64,000 bases of DNA from Saprospiraceae bacterium (GTDB taxonomy: Bacteria > Bacteroidota > Bacteroidia > Chitinophagales > Saprospiraceae): positions 4,542 through 68,541 of the forward strand of contig JAWKLL010000021.1 of NCBI GenBank assembly GCA_041392765.1, given 5' to 3'. Position 1 is the stretch's first letter; every line of letters starts with the position of its first letter. Below the pieces are notes generated by a model. It was given only the letters and a program-made list of their open reading frames with translations. It searched no databases and had not been told where the DNA came from. Position numbers and translations under genes: made by a program. Positions 32,124 to 41,230 of this stretch are shown here, one piece after another.

Positions 32124-32387
32124 ATGACCATGAAAAACTCGGCCTTGGCCAACCAAAAGCACCTGATTGAACACGAAGTGGTAAATACCATCAGCCATAC
32201 TTTGCATATTCCAAGCAGGAGATTGTTGCCCTACACTCATTTCGTTGATGACCTTCATTTAGATGAAATGGACTTCGTGCTGCTTATTGCCCGGTTGGAA
32301 AGCCAATTAGATCGCTATCTCACTTCCGAACAAGTGGCTGGCATCCAAACTATATCTGATGTGACACGCTGCTTTTCAGATAATTAA
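32124..32387 (+). CDS. Acyl-carrier-protein-like protein lacking the phosphopantetheine serine
   Basis: 87 aa. FVDDLHLDEMDFVLLIARLE aligns with the ACP motif F.EDLG.DSLD.VELVMALE but has Glu where the Ser should be. The stop codon TAA (32385-32387) abuts the IS terminal repeat. Confidence 0.6.
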   Translation: MTMKNSALANQKHLIEHEVVNTISHTLHIPSRRLLPYTHFVDDLHLDEMDFVLLIARLESQLDRYLTSEQVAGIQTISDVTRCFSDN

Positions 32388-33716
32388 CTGACCTTTCGCA
32401 AGCGAAAGGTTTGGATTTTTGATAAAAAAATAGGATGCATTATCTTCGTGTTCAAAGGAATTCGAGATGAAAGATCCAAAATTACTCGATCTGTACTCAG
32501 ACTATTTGTTGTCGTCGTTTCGCATGGTGACGGCCACAGGGATGTCGGAGTTATTAGATCATGGCATTAGCCACGACAAGATTAGTCGGTTTTTAGGACA
32601 AGAGGCCTTTGATTCTAAAGACTACTGGCGTTGTATTAAACGACTGGTGCGCCAAGTGGAGCATCCTGATGCAGTTCTCAAAATTGATGACACCATTGAG
32701 GAGAAGCCCCACTCTACGGAAAATGAAGTTATCACTTGGCACTGGGATCACTCCAAAAAGCCAAAGGCGGGTCATGTTAAGGGTATCAACATCCTCAACT
32801 TCCTTTATCAAAGTCCACTGGGTATAGAAATTCCGGTAAGCTTTGAAATTGTGCGTAAAAGCGAGGAGTATCTTGATACCAAAAGCGGCAAGGTTAAGAA
32901 ACGCAGCCCTAAAACAAAGAATGAGATGCTGCGAGACCAACTCTTCGTGCTGGTGAAGTACAATCGTGTTCCCTTCCGCTACGTGGTGTGGGACACTTGG
33001 TTTTCCGCTCAGGAAAACTTTAATTTCGTACACTACCAGTTGGAAAAGTACTTTATTGGTGCCATAAAGAGCAACCGTAAGGTGGCTCTGAGTATGGAAG
33101 ACAAGCTGCAAGGCCGATTTCACCGAGTCGATAGGCTAGACTTACAAGCAGACCAAGCCATCACCGTTTATGTACAAGGACTTGACTTTCCCGTTCAACT
33201 ACTTAAACGGGTCTTTATAAACAAAGACGGTTCTTCTGGAGACTTGTATCTGGTAACTAACGACCTAAAAATGGAGCCTCAAGCCATCTGCACGACCTAC
33301 GATAAACGCTGGGGAGTGGAGGTATTCCACAAATCACTCAAGCAAAATGTGGGTTTAGAAAAATCACCCACTAAGCATGAGACCTCCCAATGTAATCATG
33401 TGTTTGCCGCCATGATTGCTTGTAACAAAGTTAGAGTTGCTCTCCATCAAAGAGCAGACTAACCATTTCGCCCTAAAATCCAAACTGTATGTCAAAGCAC
33501 TGCAGGCAGCTTGGCAGGAGGTACAACTTCTCAAAGTACATAACCTGCAACTAGAAGCCCAGCAGTCGTCTATTCCTCTTTTGGGATAGACATAATTTAC
33601 ACATGCGAACCAACTAATCCTGTGCAGGGCACGGGCTGTCTAGGCTATGCCTCGTTCACTGTGTACTGTTATTTTTCTCATTTTTCAAAACCTTTCGCTT
33701 GCGAAAGGTCAGTTAT
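32386..33716 (+). mobile_element. Insertion sequence (IS4/IS701-like), about 1.33 kb
   Basis: Perfect terminal inverted repeats of about 27 bp: AACTGACCTTTCGCAAGCGAAAGGTTT (32386-32412) and its complement (33690-33716). They enclose a single DDE transposase gene. Confidence 0.85.
32467..33589 (+). pseudogene. DDE transposase (IS4/IS701-like) with a frameshift near 33430
   Basis: ..VLKIDDTIEEKPHS.. is a DDE-type motif and ..YDKRWGVEVFHKSLKQ.. is a Y-R-E-K-type motif. The C-terminus continues in another frame (..NHFALKSKLYVKALQAAWQEVQLLK..) to the TAG at 33587-33589. Confidence 0.75.
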
Positions 33717-33794
33717 TAATAATTTTCACACAACATTGTGAATTGTAGTGTAAAAAGGCAGACTTTTGTGGTTCATCAATCTGTGAAGTATCGC

Positions 33795-34574
33795 ATGTAC
33801 AGGTGCTTATTTTTCATTACCGTTATATCGCTGTTGTTAATGTCTTCTTTATCAGCACAATCGCCAGCAGTATTAAATGCCTTTGGGGCAAAAATGTTCA
33901 CCACTAGTACGAGTTTCAATTTACCCTACCGTATATGGGAACCTACCCTGAAAGAGGGAGAAAAACTTCCACTCCTTCTTTTTTTGCACGGTGCTGGTGA
34001 ACGTGGCAATGATAATATAGCACAAATGACGCACGGGGCAGCTATGCTACTGCAAAAAAGTGCCGACTTCCCCGCTTGGATCGTGATGCCTCAATGCGCT
34101 CAGGATGACTATTGGGCACAAATGGAAAAAGACAGCCTGAACAATCGTGTCTTTAATTTCAACCAACGCCCCAATCCTTCCCTTGCAGCCGTCATGGAAC
34201 TACTAGACAGCCTTTTAGCTACAGGCCTAGTTGACACCAACCGGGTTTACCTTATGGGATTGAGTATGGGCGGCATGGGTACGTTCGAATTATTAGCGCG
34301 TCGCCCAGATACCTTCGCAGCTGCTGCCCCTATATGCGGAGGCACCAATCCTGCCTTGCTCCCGCTTTATGCCCATAAAGTACCATTATGGATTTTCCAC
34401 GGGGCAGAAGATCAGGTGGTGTTCCCCTCCTACTCTCGAGCCGTAGTCCAGCAAATGCAGGCGTTGGGCGTCCCCGTGAAATACACGGAATACCTTGGTG
34501 TCAACCACAATAGCTGGGATAACGCATTTGCCGAACCTGAGCTAATGGAATGGATGTTTAGCCACTCCAAATAG
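33795..34574 (+). CDS. Secreted alpha/beta-hydrolase (carboxylesterase / phospholipase-type)
   Basis: The ATG at 33795 gives a signal peptide (MYRCLFFITVISLLLMSSLSAQS). Motifs are LLLFLHGAGERGNDN, the nucleophile elbow GLSMGG, and a late HG..D..V. Confidence 0.75.
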   Translation: MYRCLFFITVISLLLMSSLSAQSPAVLNAFGAKMFTTSTSFNLPYRIWEPTLKEGEKLPLLLFLHGAGERGNDNIAQMTHGAAMLLQKSADFPAWIVMPQCAQDDYWAQMEKDSLNNRVFNFNQRPNPSLAAVMELLDSLLATGLVDTNRVYLMGLSMGGMGTFELLARRPDTFAAAAPICGGTNPALLPLYAHKVPLWIFHGAEDQVVFPSYSRAVVQQMQALGVPVKYTEYLGVNHNSWDNAFAEPELMEWMFSHSK

Positions 34575-34579
34575 TGGTA

Positions 34580-35179
34580 CTAACGGATAAAATCCAATTC
34601 GTCCATATCATCGAGTTGAACCATGATGGTAGGGCGAGCCTCCACTGTTTCTTTGGGCCGATAGCGGGAAACATAGTCAACTGCTTCGATGATGTCCGAG
34701 CGAACTCTTCCGAAATGATTAGGCCAAGGGGCGCCCTTGAAGTGAGCTAATGCCACTGCCAATGGGCGGTTCAGATGAGCGATTAGATCCCGGCAGTACA
34801 AGTCATGCACGATACGCACTGCTACACGTCCATCTGGTGTACAAACAGAAAGTGGTAGCGAATCAGTTGGTTCGGTAACAACGGTAAGGGGGCGTTTGTG
34901 GTAATGGAGGAGGGTTTCAAAACGCGGATGCAAGCGAGGGAAATAGTGCTTGAGCATCTCCAGGGAATCAAAAAGCACTTCAAAAGGGGTGTGCAGTGTG
35001 GGCTGCTTAATCCTTTTGAGTCTTTCTAATGCCACAGGATCATCGGCAGCACAAGCAATATACCAGAGCGCATCGGCTTGCAGCAGTACCAGTCCTTCTT
35101 GATCGAGCATGGCCGCAGCACCTTCCAGATCGTAGCGTTGAATCATAAAACCTGCAGCTTGAGTAGTTGTCATGAGCAT
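34580..35179 (-). CDS. YrdC/Sua5-family L-threonylcarbamoyladenylate synthase-like protein
   Basis: YrdC-domain pattern: ..LVLLQADALWYIACAADDPVALERLKRIK.. and ..RIVHD... The start is uncertain and could be the Met at 35179, 35173 or 35146. Confidence 0.65.
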   Translation of the reverse strand: MLMTTTQAAGFMIQRYDLEGAAAMLDQEGLVLLQADALWYIACAADDPVALERLKRIKQPTLHTPFEVLFDSLEMLKHYFPRLHPRFETLLHYHKRPLTVVTEPTDSLPLSVCTPDGRVAVRIVHDLYCRDLIAHLNRPLAVALAHFKGAPWPNHFGRVRSDIIEAVDYVSRYRPKETVEARPTIMVQLDDMDELDFIR

Positions 35180-35357
35180 AAGTAGTGTAGTTTGAAACCG
35201 GATTTCCCGGCTCGAATAACCATTGAGCAAGCCCCAGCCAAGCCTACCTGCGACAAGCTGACAATAACTGGGGTAATCTTAATAACCTACCAAAACGTTA
35301 CATTTTGGCAAAATCTTGTGATCCACAAACATTGGTTTACCCAACGTTGTAGATAAC

Positions 35358-35533
35358 TTAGAGTATGTCTAAAATTCCCTCAATTAGCTGTCCGATAGCT
35401 ATCGGGAGACAATTTTTCCTGCTCTGCGTTGGAAATGCTCGCCGATGCTTTCGGCATCGACTGCGCTTTCCGCCTTGATCAGAACAAAATTTGCTCGCTT
35501 TCACTCAATCAGAGAACTTTAGACATACTCTTA
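35358..35533. repeat. MITE-like interspersed repeat, family B (copy B1)
   Basis: Imperfect 28-bp terminal inverted repeats (ttagagtatgtctaaaattccctcaatt / ..tcaatcagagaactttagacatactctta). The core aaatgctcgccgatgctttcggcatcgact is shared with 48762-48914. It carries an inserted family C palindrome, tccgatagctatcggga. Confidence 0.8.
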
Positions 35534-35729
35534 AAATGTCGCTTTGTTTTACGAACCTGAAAAACGAACCCTACCGTTTACAATTAACCACTATATTAGT
35601 GCGCTATTAGGGCTAACGGTACGTTGTGTCTTTGGGATGGGAACTGGCTTCCAACCAGCCTACGCGAGATTGATTTGGTTATATGAACATTCTTTAGCGC
35701 GTATGTATTGTTTTGTTAACTTTAAAAAA

Positions 35730-38000
35730 ATGGATCGCTTGAAAAATATAAATCGCACCGCTATCTTGGTCTTATTCAAAATGCTGCTCTTACTCGTCCT
35801 GCCAGAGATGGGAAAGGCAGCTCACCTCATTGGGGGTGAGGTGACTTATGAGTGTATGGGGTATAATGATGCTACCAACAGTAATGACTACGTGTTCACC
35901 TTTAACATCTACCGAGATTGCCAAAGCGGTGGTTCTCAATTTGACAACCCCAACTTCTCCGTTCAAATGTTAGTCACAATTTACCAAGGCAGTAGTTTTT
36001 ATGACGGATACAACTTGGGGTTTCCTGTCATAACTCCTATCGACTTGGAAGAAAACATTAACAACCCTTGTATCAATATTCCCGACAACATTTGTGTAGA
36101 ACAAGGACGATATACTTTAGCGGTATCCCTACCTGTATCAACCAATCCTATCACATTGTCTATCAACGCTGCTGTAGAAACAATACCATCACCAACATTC
36201 TGAACCCGCAATCGGCAGGTAATACTTACACCATCGAAGTAACCCCGCAGGCACAACAACTGTGTAATAGCAGCCCCAATTTCGATGCCTACCCTTCCAG
36301 TGTCATCTGTGCAGGAGAAACATTTAACTATGATTTTTCGGCTGTTGATGCCGATGGCGACCAGATCGTGTATGAATTGTGTGCTCCTTTCTTGGGTGGT
36401 GGCAATACAGGTTCTCAAGGCGCACCCGATGGTGTAGCTCCCAATCCAGACCTACCTCCGCCTTATGATGAAGTAATTTTCCTGAAAGTATAATTACACA
36501 GCCAGTTCCCCATTGGGCAGTAATGCCAATTTTTCTATTGACCCACAAACTGGTATCATGTCAGGTACCCCTCATTTTGGGGCAATTTGTAGTAGGGGTC
36601 TGTGTTTCTGAATATAGAAACGGGGTATTATTGAGTACCATCAGGCAGGACTTCCAGTTTAATGTAACGACTTGCGAAATTACTTTTGCCGATGTACAAC
36701 ATGACGAAGTGGCACCTTCTGGGCAATTGGTGTTGAATACCTGTGGCAACACCGCCATTACTATCAATAATCTTTCAGAAGACGAAGCAGATATTGACGG
36801 CTACTATTGGGAATTTAATGTTGACGGCGCAACGGTTACCGCCAATACCCGCGATTTCACCTTTGCTTTTCCATGGCACGGGTGTTTATGACGGACGTAT
36901 GATTATCAACCCCAATTCGGCAGGATGCACGGATACGGCTTTGCTGCAAGTCAATATTTTCAGAATTGTACAGTGATTTCAGCTTTGCGTACGACACCTG
37001 CGTAGCGAAGTACCATCTTTTGAAGAACTAGCGACCACCGAAGCAGGCCAGCAAATTACTGCTTATAGTTGGGATTTTGGAGACGGGGATATTTCCGCTG
37101 AAAGCAATCCGCTGCACTTATTCTCCTCGCCGGGAAACTACACCGTTCAGCTTACCATTACCGACGAAAACGGATGCGAAGACACCCATCCTTTTACCTC
37201 CCCTATTTTCCCGTGCCCTCGCTCATTGTCGTTTCACCTGATGCCTTCCAAGGATGCGCTCCTGCTGATATATTTTTCAACAACCGCAGCACCCCTATCA
37301 ATGAATCCTATACGTTTGAGTGGCGATTTGGTGATGGTGGCACAGGTGATGCCCTCAGCCCCACTCACACCTACACAAATATAGGTGTTTATGATGTTTA
37401 TCTTTCCATTACCAGCCCTATTGGTTGCATGACGGATACCACTTTTTTGGCATTAATAGAAATAGAGCCTGCTCCCATAGCTGGTTTTACTACCTCCCCG
37501 ATATGCTTGACAACTTCCAGCCTACGGTACAGGTAACAGACGAATCCATTGATGCGGCTTTCACTTATTACACTTTCAACAACGAAGCCACCAGCACTGT
37601 CAGAAATCCTACTTATTCGTTCAGGGATACGGGGCTGGTGTTCATTACCAAATTGCCGTTCATGCCAGTGGTTGTATCGATAGCCTCACCCGTTATATAG
37701 ATATCGTCCCTACCATCACGCTTTTTTTCCTAACATACCTTCACGCCCAACGGGGATGGTATTAATGACCTGTTTAAACCCAAAGGCTACCTTGAAGGTT
37801 ATAGCGATTATCAAATCAAAGTCTGGAATCGGTGGGGCGAACCCGTCTATACAGGCAACGACATTTTAGATGGCTGGAATGGCCAAAAAAATAATAATGG
37901 ACAAAATCAGCCGTCAGGTGTTTACTTATACGAAGCCAGCATTATCGAACCACGTGGCGAAGTGCGTTTGTTAAAAGGACAAATCATGCTGATCAGGTAA
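35730..38000 (+). pseudogene. PKD-repeat surface protein with a type B T9SS (gliding-motility-associated) C-terminal domain; at least 6 frame changes
   Basis: The ATG at 35730 gives a signal peptide, then AAHLIGGEVTYECMG..FNIYRDC. PKD units are present (WDFGDGDIS.., WRFGDGGTGDALSPTHTYTNIGVYDVYL). The end is ..FTPNGDGINDLFKPKG..KVWNRWGEPVY..GVYLYEASI..LLKGQIMLIR*, with the stop at 37998-38000. Confidence 0.7.
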
Positions 38001-38010
38001 TCTTTATACT

Positions 38011-40254
38011 ATGCGATTTTACATCCTCATCCCTTTGATATTTTTTTAACAGCACCTACCTTGCTTTCCGCAAGACACATCGTAGGTGGTACTATGTCGT
38101 ACCGATGCTTAGGCAACGACAACTACGATTTACCCTCCGGGTATATCGTGATTGCAACTGTACAGGGTGTGCCGAGTTCGACCCATTAGCAGAAATTGGC
38201 GTGTATCGGTGCAATTCGTCAGGCAATTGCTTGGGGCAGTCCCAAAATCAGCCATTCAGAGAGGTAAGCGTACCTCTCTTGTCCTCGTTATCCATCGAAG
38301 AACCAGACTACCCGTGCCTCGTTCCACCTGATGTATGCGGGGAAGAAGGGCTTTATATTTTTACCATGAATTTTGCCTCCGATCGCAGGATAGTTATTTC
38401 GTTTCTTACCAACGATGCTGCCGCAATGAAACCATCGACAACCTCATCAATCCCGATGATGTAGGTGCCACTTATAGCGTAGAGATTACCCCAGTCGCTC
38501 AATCGCTATGTAATAGCAGTCCTTCTTTTGACACTTACCCACCTATCATTATTTGCAATAACGAACCCCTCCTATACGACCATTCTGCTTCCGACCCCGA
38601 TGGCGACCAGTTGGTCTATGAATTTTGCCCCATCATCATTGGAGGCGACAACAATTTGGATTTACTCATCTACAATACCTGCGATGGTGACTATCCTTCT
38701 CCTGCTTGCCCACCTGTATGGGAATGCATTTTTCAAGCCCCCAACTACACCGCTACCGCTCCTATGGGTGGCGACCCCCTCATACAGATAGACCTAATAC
38801 GGGCATTATTACGGGGCGGCCTATTCTGCAAGGTCAGTTTGTAGTAGGGGTTTGTGTTTCAGAATAAGAAATGGGCTACTACTAAGTCGGATATACCGAG
38901 ATTTTCAGTTCAATGTAGCCAACTGTGACCCAACCGTTGTAGCAGATGTGGCAGAAGACGTGCAAGTAAGCGCACAGAATTCATCATCAATTCTTGTGGC
39001 AATCTCACTATTGACTTCGTCAACCAAAGCTACCAGCAAAACTTTATCGAAAACTATCGCTGGACATTCGATATGGGAAATGGACAAACCCGACGGTAAA
39101 CGAATGGTCGCCCAGCATCACCTTTATAGGGGTTGGCACCTACGAAGGTCAATTGGTGCTTAACGAAAACACCAATTGCGGAGATACGGCCACCATAATC
39201 GTCAATCTGTATCCGGAAATTGAGGCGGATTTTTCGTTTGTCTATGATACCTGTGTGGCCGATGTAGTCACCTTCACAGATTTATCCCAGACGGGTGCCT
39301 GTTGCCTAACCGGATGGGATTGGGCGTTTGGGGATGGTCAACAAAGCACCCAACAAAATCCCATTCATTTATACAACATTCCGGGAAGTTTGCCTGTCAC
39401 GCTTACCGTTAGAGATACTAATCAATGCGAGGATCAGATCACCCGGCTACTTGATTATTTCCCCGTGCCAGCGCTTATCGTCATCGCGCCCAGTGAAGTG
39501 CTTGCTTGCGAACCCGCCTCCATATTCTTCGACAACCTTTCCTTTCCCATCGATAGTACCTACGATATTATTTGGACATTCGGCGATGGCGCAAGTAGTA
39601 CCGTCATTAGCCCTACACACATTTACGATACGCCGGGCACCTACACCGTGCAGGTGGCTATTACCTCACCCATAGGCTGCAAGAAACCGATACCACGTTC
39701 AACGATCTTGTGACTATCTTACCATCACCGGACGCGGGGTTCACATATTTACCAGAAAAACCAAGTAATTTATTGCCAGAAGTTCAATTTACAGATGCCT
39801 CTTCAGGTGCTATCCGCTGGAATTGGGATTTTGGCACTACGGCTACCAGTAACTTCCCCAGCCCTACCTAACTTTTCCTGATACAGGGTTGTACTTAGTG
39901 CAACAGATCGTATTCCACCCTAGTGGCTGCACCGATACCGCTACTGCCTTAATTGACATCTTCCCCGATATACGGTATTTTATTCCCAACGCCTTTACGC
40001 CCAACGGAGACGGGAGTAATGATTTTTTTGTGGGTAAAGGAATTGTCAGTGGTATTCAGGACTTCCATTTCCGTATATGGAATCGTTGGGGAGAACCCGT
40101 TTTTGAAACAGAAGACCCTTTCAGCGGTTGGAATGGAAGAAAAAACAACACCGGGCAAGAAATGCCTGCCGGGGTTTATTTAGTGGTTGTCACTTTCCGA
40201 GACCCAAGGGGCGAACCTTATGAAATCAAAGGTTTTGCTACGCTCGTTAGATAA
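38011..40254 (+). pseudogene. Tandem paralog of the PKD/type-B-CTD surface protein; at least 6 frame changes
   Basis: The ATG at 38011 is followed by ..RHIVGGTMSYRCLGNDNYDFTLRVYRDC. PKD units are present (WDWAFGDGQQS.., WTFGDGASSTVISPTHIYDTPGTYTV). The intact C-terminal ORF reads ..FTPNGDGSNDFFVGKG..RIWNRWGEPVF..GVYLVVVTF..FATLVR*. Confidence 0.7.
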
Positions 40255-40291
40255 TTTTTCACAAAAAAGTTTTTTTTCCAACAAAAAACTT

Positions 40292-40299
40292 TACCTTTG
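40292..40299 (+). promoter_or_regulatory. Bacteroidota -7 box (TAccTTTG) upstream of rplS
   Basis: Matches TAnnTTTG and ends 23 nt before the rplS ATG. Confidence 0.5.
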
Positions 40300-40322
40300 C
40301 ACCGCTAAAAAAAGGACAAGCA

Positions 40323-40674
40323 ATGGATGCCATTAAATTTGTACACGAACAGTTGACTCCTTCCCGCGGCCTACCTAAGTTCCGCGCTGGAGACAATGTA
40401 ATTGTGAGTTATAAAATCATCGAGGGTGACAAGGAACGCGTTCAGGATTTCCGTGGAGACGTGATCCAGATCAAAGGCGAGGGAGCGACCCGCACATTCA
40501 CCGTTCGTAAAATCTCCAATGGAGTGGGTGTAGAACGTATTTTCCCGTTCTCTTCCCCCAATATTGTTGAGGTTAAAGTTACCAAATCAGGTAAAGTACG
40601 CCAGTGCGCGTTTGTTTTACTTACGCGAGCGTGTGGGCAAGAAAGCACGTATCAAAGAGCGTCGTACGCTGTAA
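40323..40674 (+). pseudogene. rplS: 50S ribosomal protein L19 with a single-nucleotide frameshift near 40596
   Basis: MDAIKFVHEQL..FRAGDNV.V..KI.EG.KERVQ.F.G.VI.. is canonical L19. After ..KSGKVR the correct continuation ARLFYLRERVGKKARIKERRTL* is in the +1 frame, with the stop at 40672-40674. Confidence 0.9.
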
Positions 40675-40696
40675 TATTGCGACTGCGATAGATATT

Positions 40697-40738
40697 AAAT
40701 CCCGAATCTTGTTAGTTCCAAGGTTCGGGATTTTTTTA
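40697..40738 (+). terminator. Rho-independent terminator of rplS
   Basis: aaatcccgaa(tc)ttg .. caaggttcgggat followed by T7. Confidence 0.8.
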
Positions 40739-40828
40739 TGTACATTTCTTCAGAAGGCTTGTTTTCAGTGCTTTCAAGTTTTTTTTTGTTAAAATGCACA
40801 CTTTTTCTCACATTCTAAGTTATTCAAT

Positions 40829-40836
40829 TATATTTG
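40829..40836 (+). promoter_or_regulatory. Bacteroidota -7 box (TAtaTTTG) upstream of the repeat-containing lipoprotein gene
   Basis: An exact TAnnTTTG, 52 nt before the ATG at 40889. Confidence 0.45.
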
Positions 40837-40888
40837 CAAGGTAAATGCTTTCTTTTCTCTCAATTTTTTAACTCTCAAATTTTTAATT

Positions 40889-41069
40889 ATGAAAAAGCTT
40901 TCTTTTCTTTTCTTTTCTTTTCTTTTCTTTTCTTTTCTTTTCTTTTCTAACATTTTCTTGTGAAAAAGAAGAAGTTTCGGGTAATCAACCTGATGTTTCA
41001 GAGGACTTTCAGGTATTCTTGGGGAAAACAGATATAAATCTGTCAATTCATCCATTAATGCCAATATAG
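40889..41069 (+). pseudogene. Small putative lipoprotein gene, out of frame as sequenced (candidate phase-variable)
   Basis: The ATG frame gives MKKLSFLFFSFLFFSFLFFSNIFL*. The +1 frame continues ..LTFSCEKEEVSGNQPDVSEDFQVFLGKTDINLSIHPLMPI*, with a lipobox-like FSC. One extra 5-nt unit would fuse the two. Confidence 0.5.
40898..40948 (+). repeat. Pentanucleotide microsatellite (CTTTT)9 with partial flanking units
   Basis: C residues fall at 40898, 40902, 40907 ... 40947, spaced exactly 5 nt apart from 40902 to 40947. The tract lies inside the signal-peptide coding region that starts at the ATG at 40889. Confidence 0.95.
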
Positions 41070-41230
41070 AAGACGGAATTTTATCGTTCAAAGACGTTTC
41101 TGATTAATGGTCATTTTGTAGCACACTTAACTAAGACAAGGTTTTCATTGGCGAGTTTAACGCATAAACTACTATTTAGTCAATGCGTTTTGTGATATGC
41201 CTATTATTAATATATTGACAATAACAATAT

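Noticed and set aside
35544-35729. Upstream extension of the first adhesin ORF (MFYEPEKRTLPFTINHY...).
   Set aside because: It has no signal-peptide character and starts immediately 3' of the family B repeat (35358-35533). The ATG at 35730 gives a proper signal peptide (MDRLKNINRTAILVLFKMLLLLVLP).
40828-41091. Minus-strand 87-aa ORF with ..KKRKEKKRKEKKRKE.. repeats.
   Set aside because: It is simply the reverse-complement reading of the (CTTTT)n microsatellite. There is no promoter or start context, and the plus-strand signal-peptide/lipobox reading is far more coherent.
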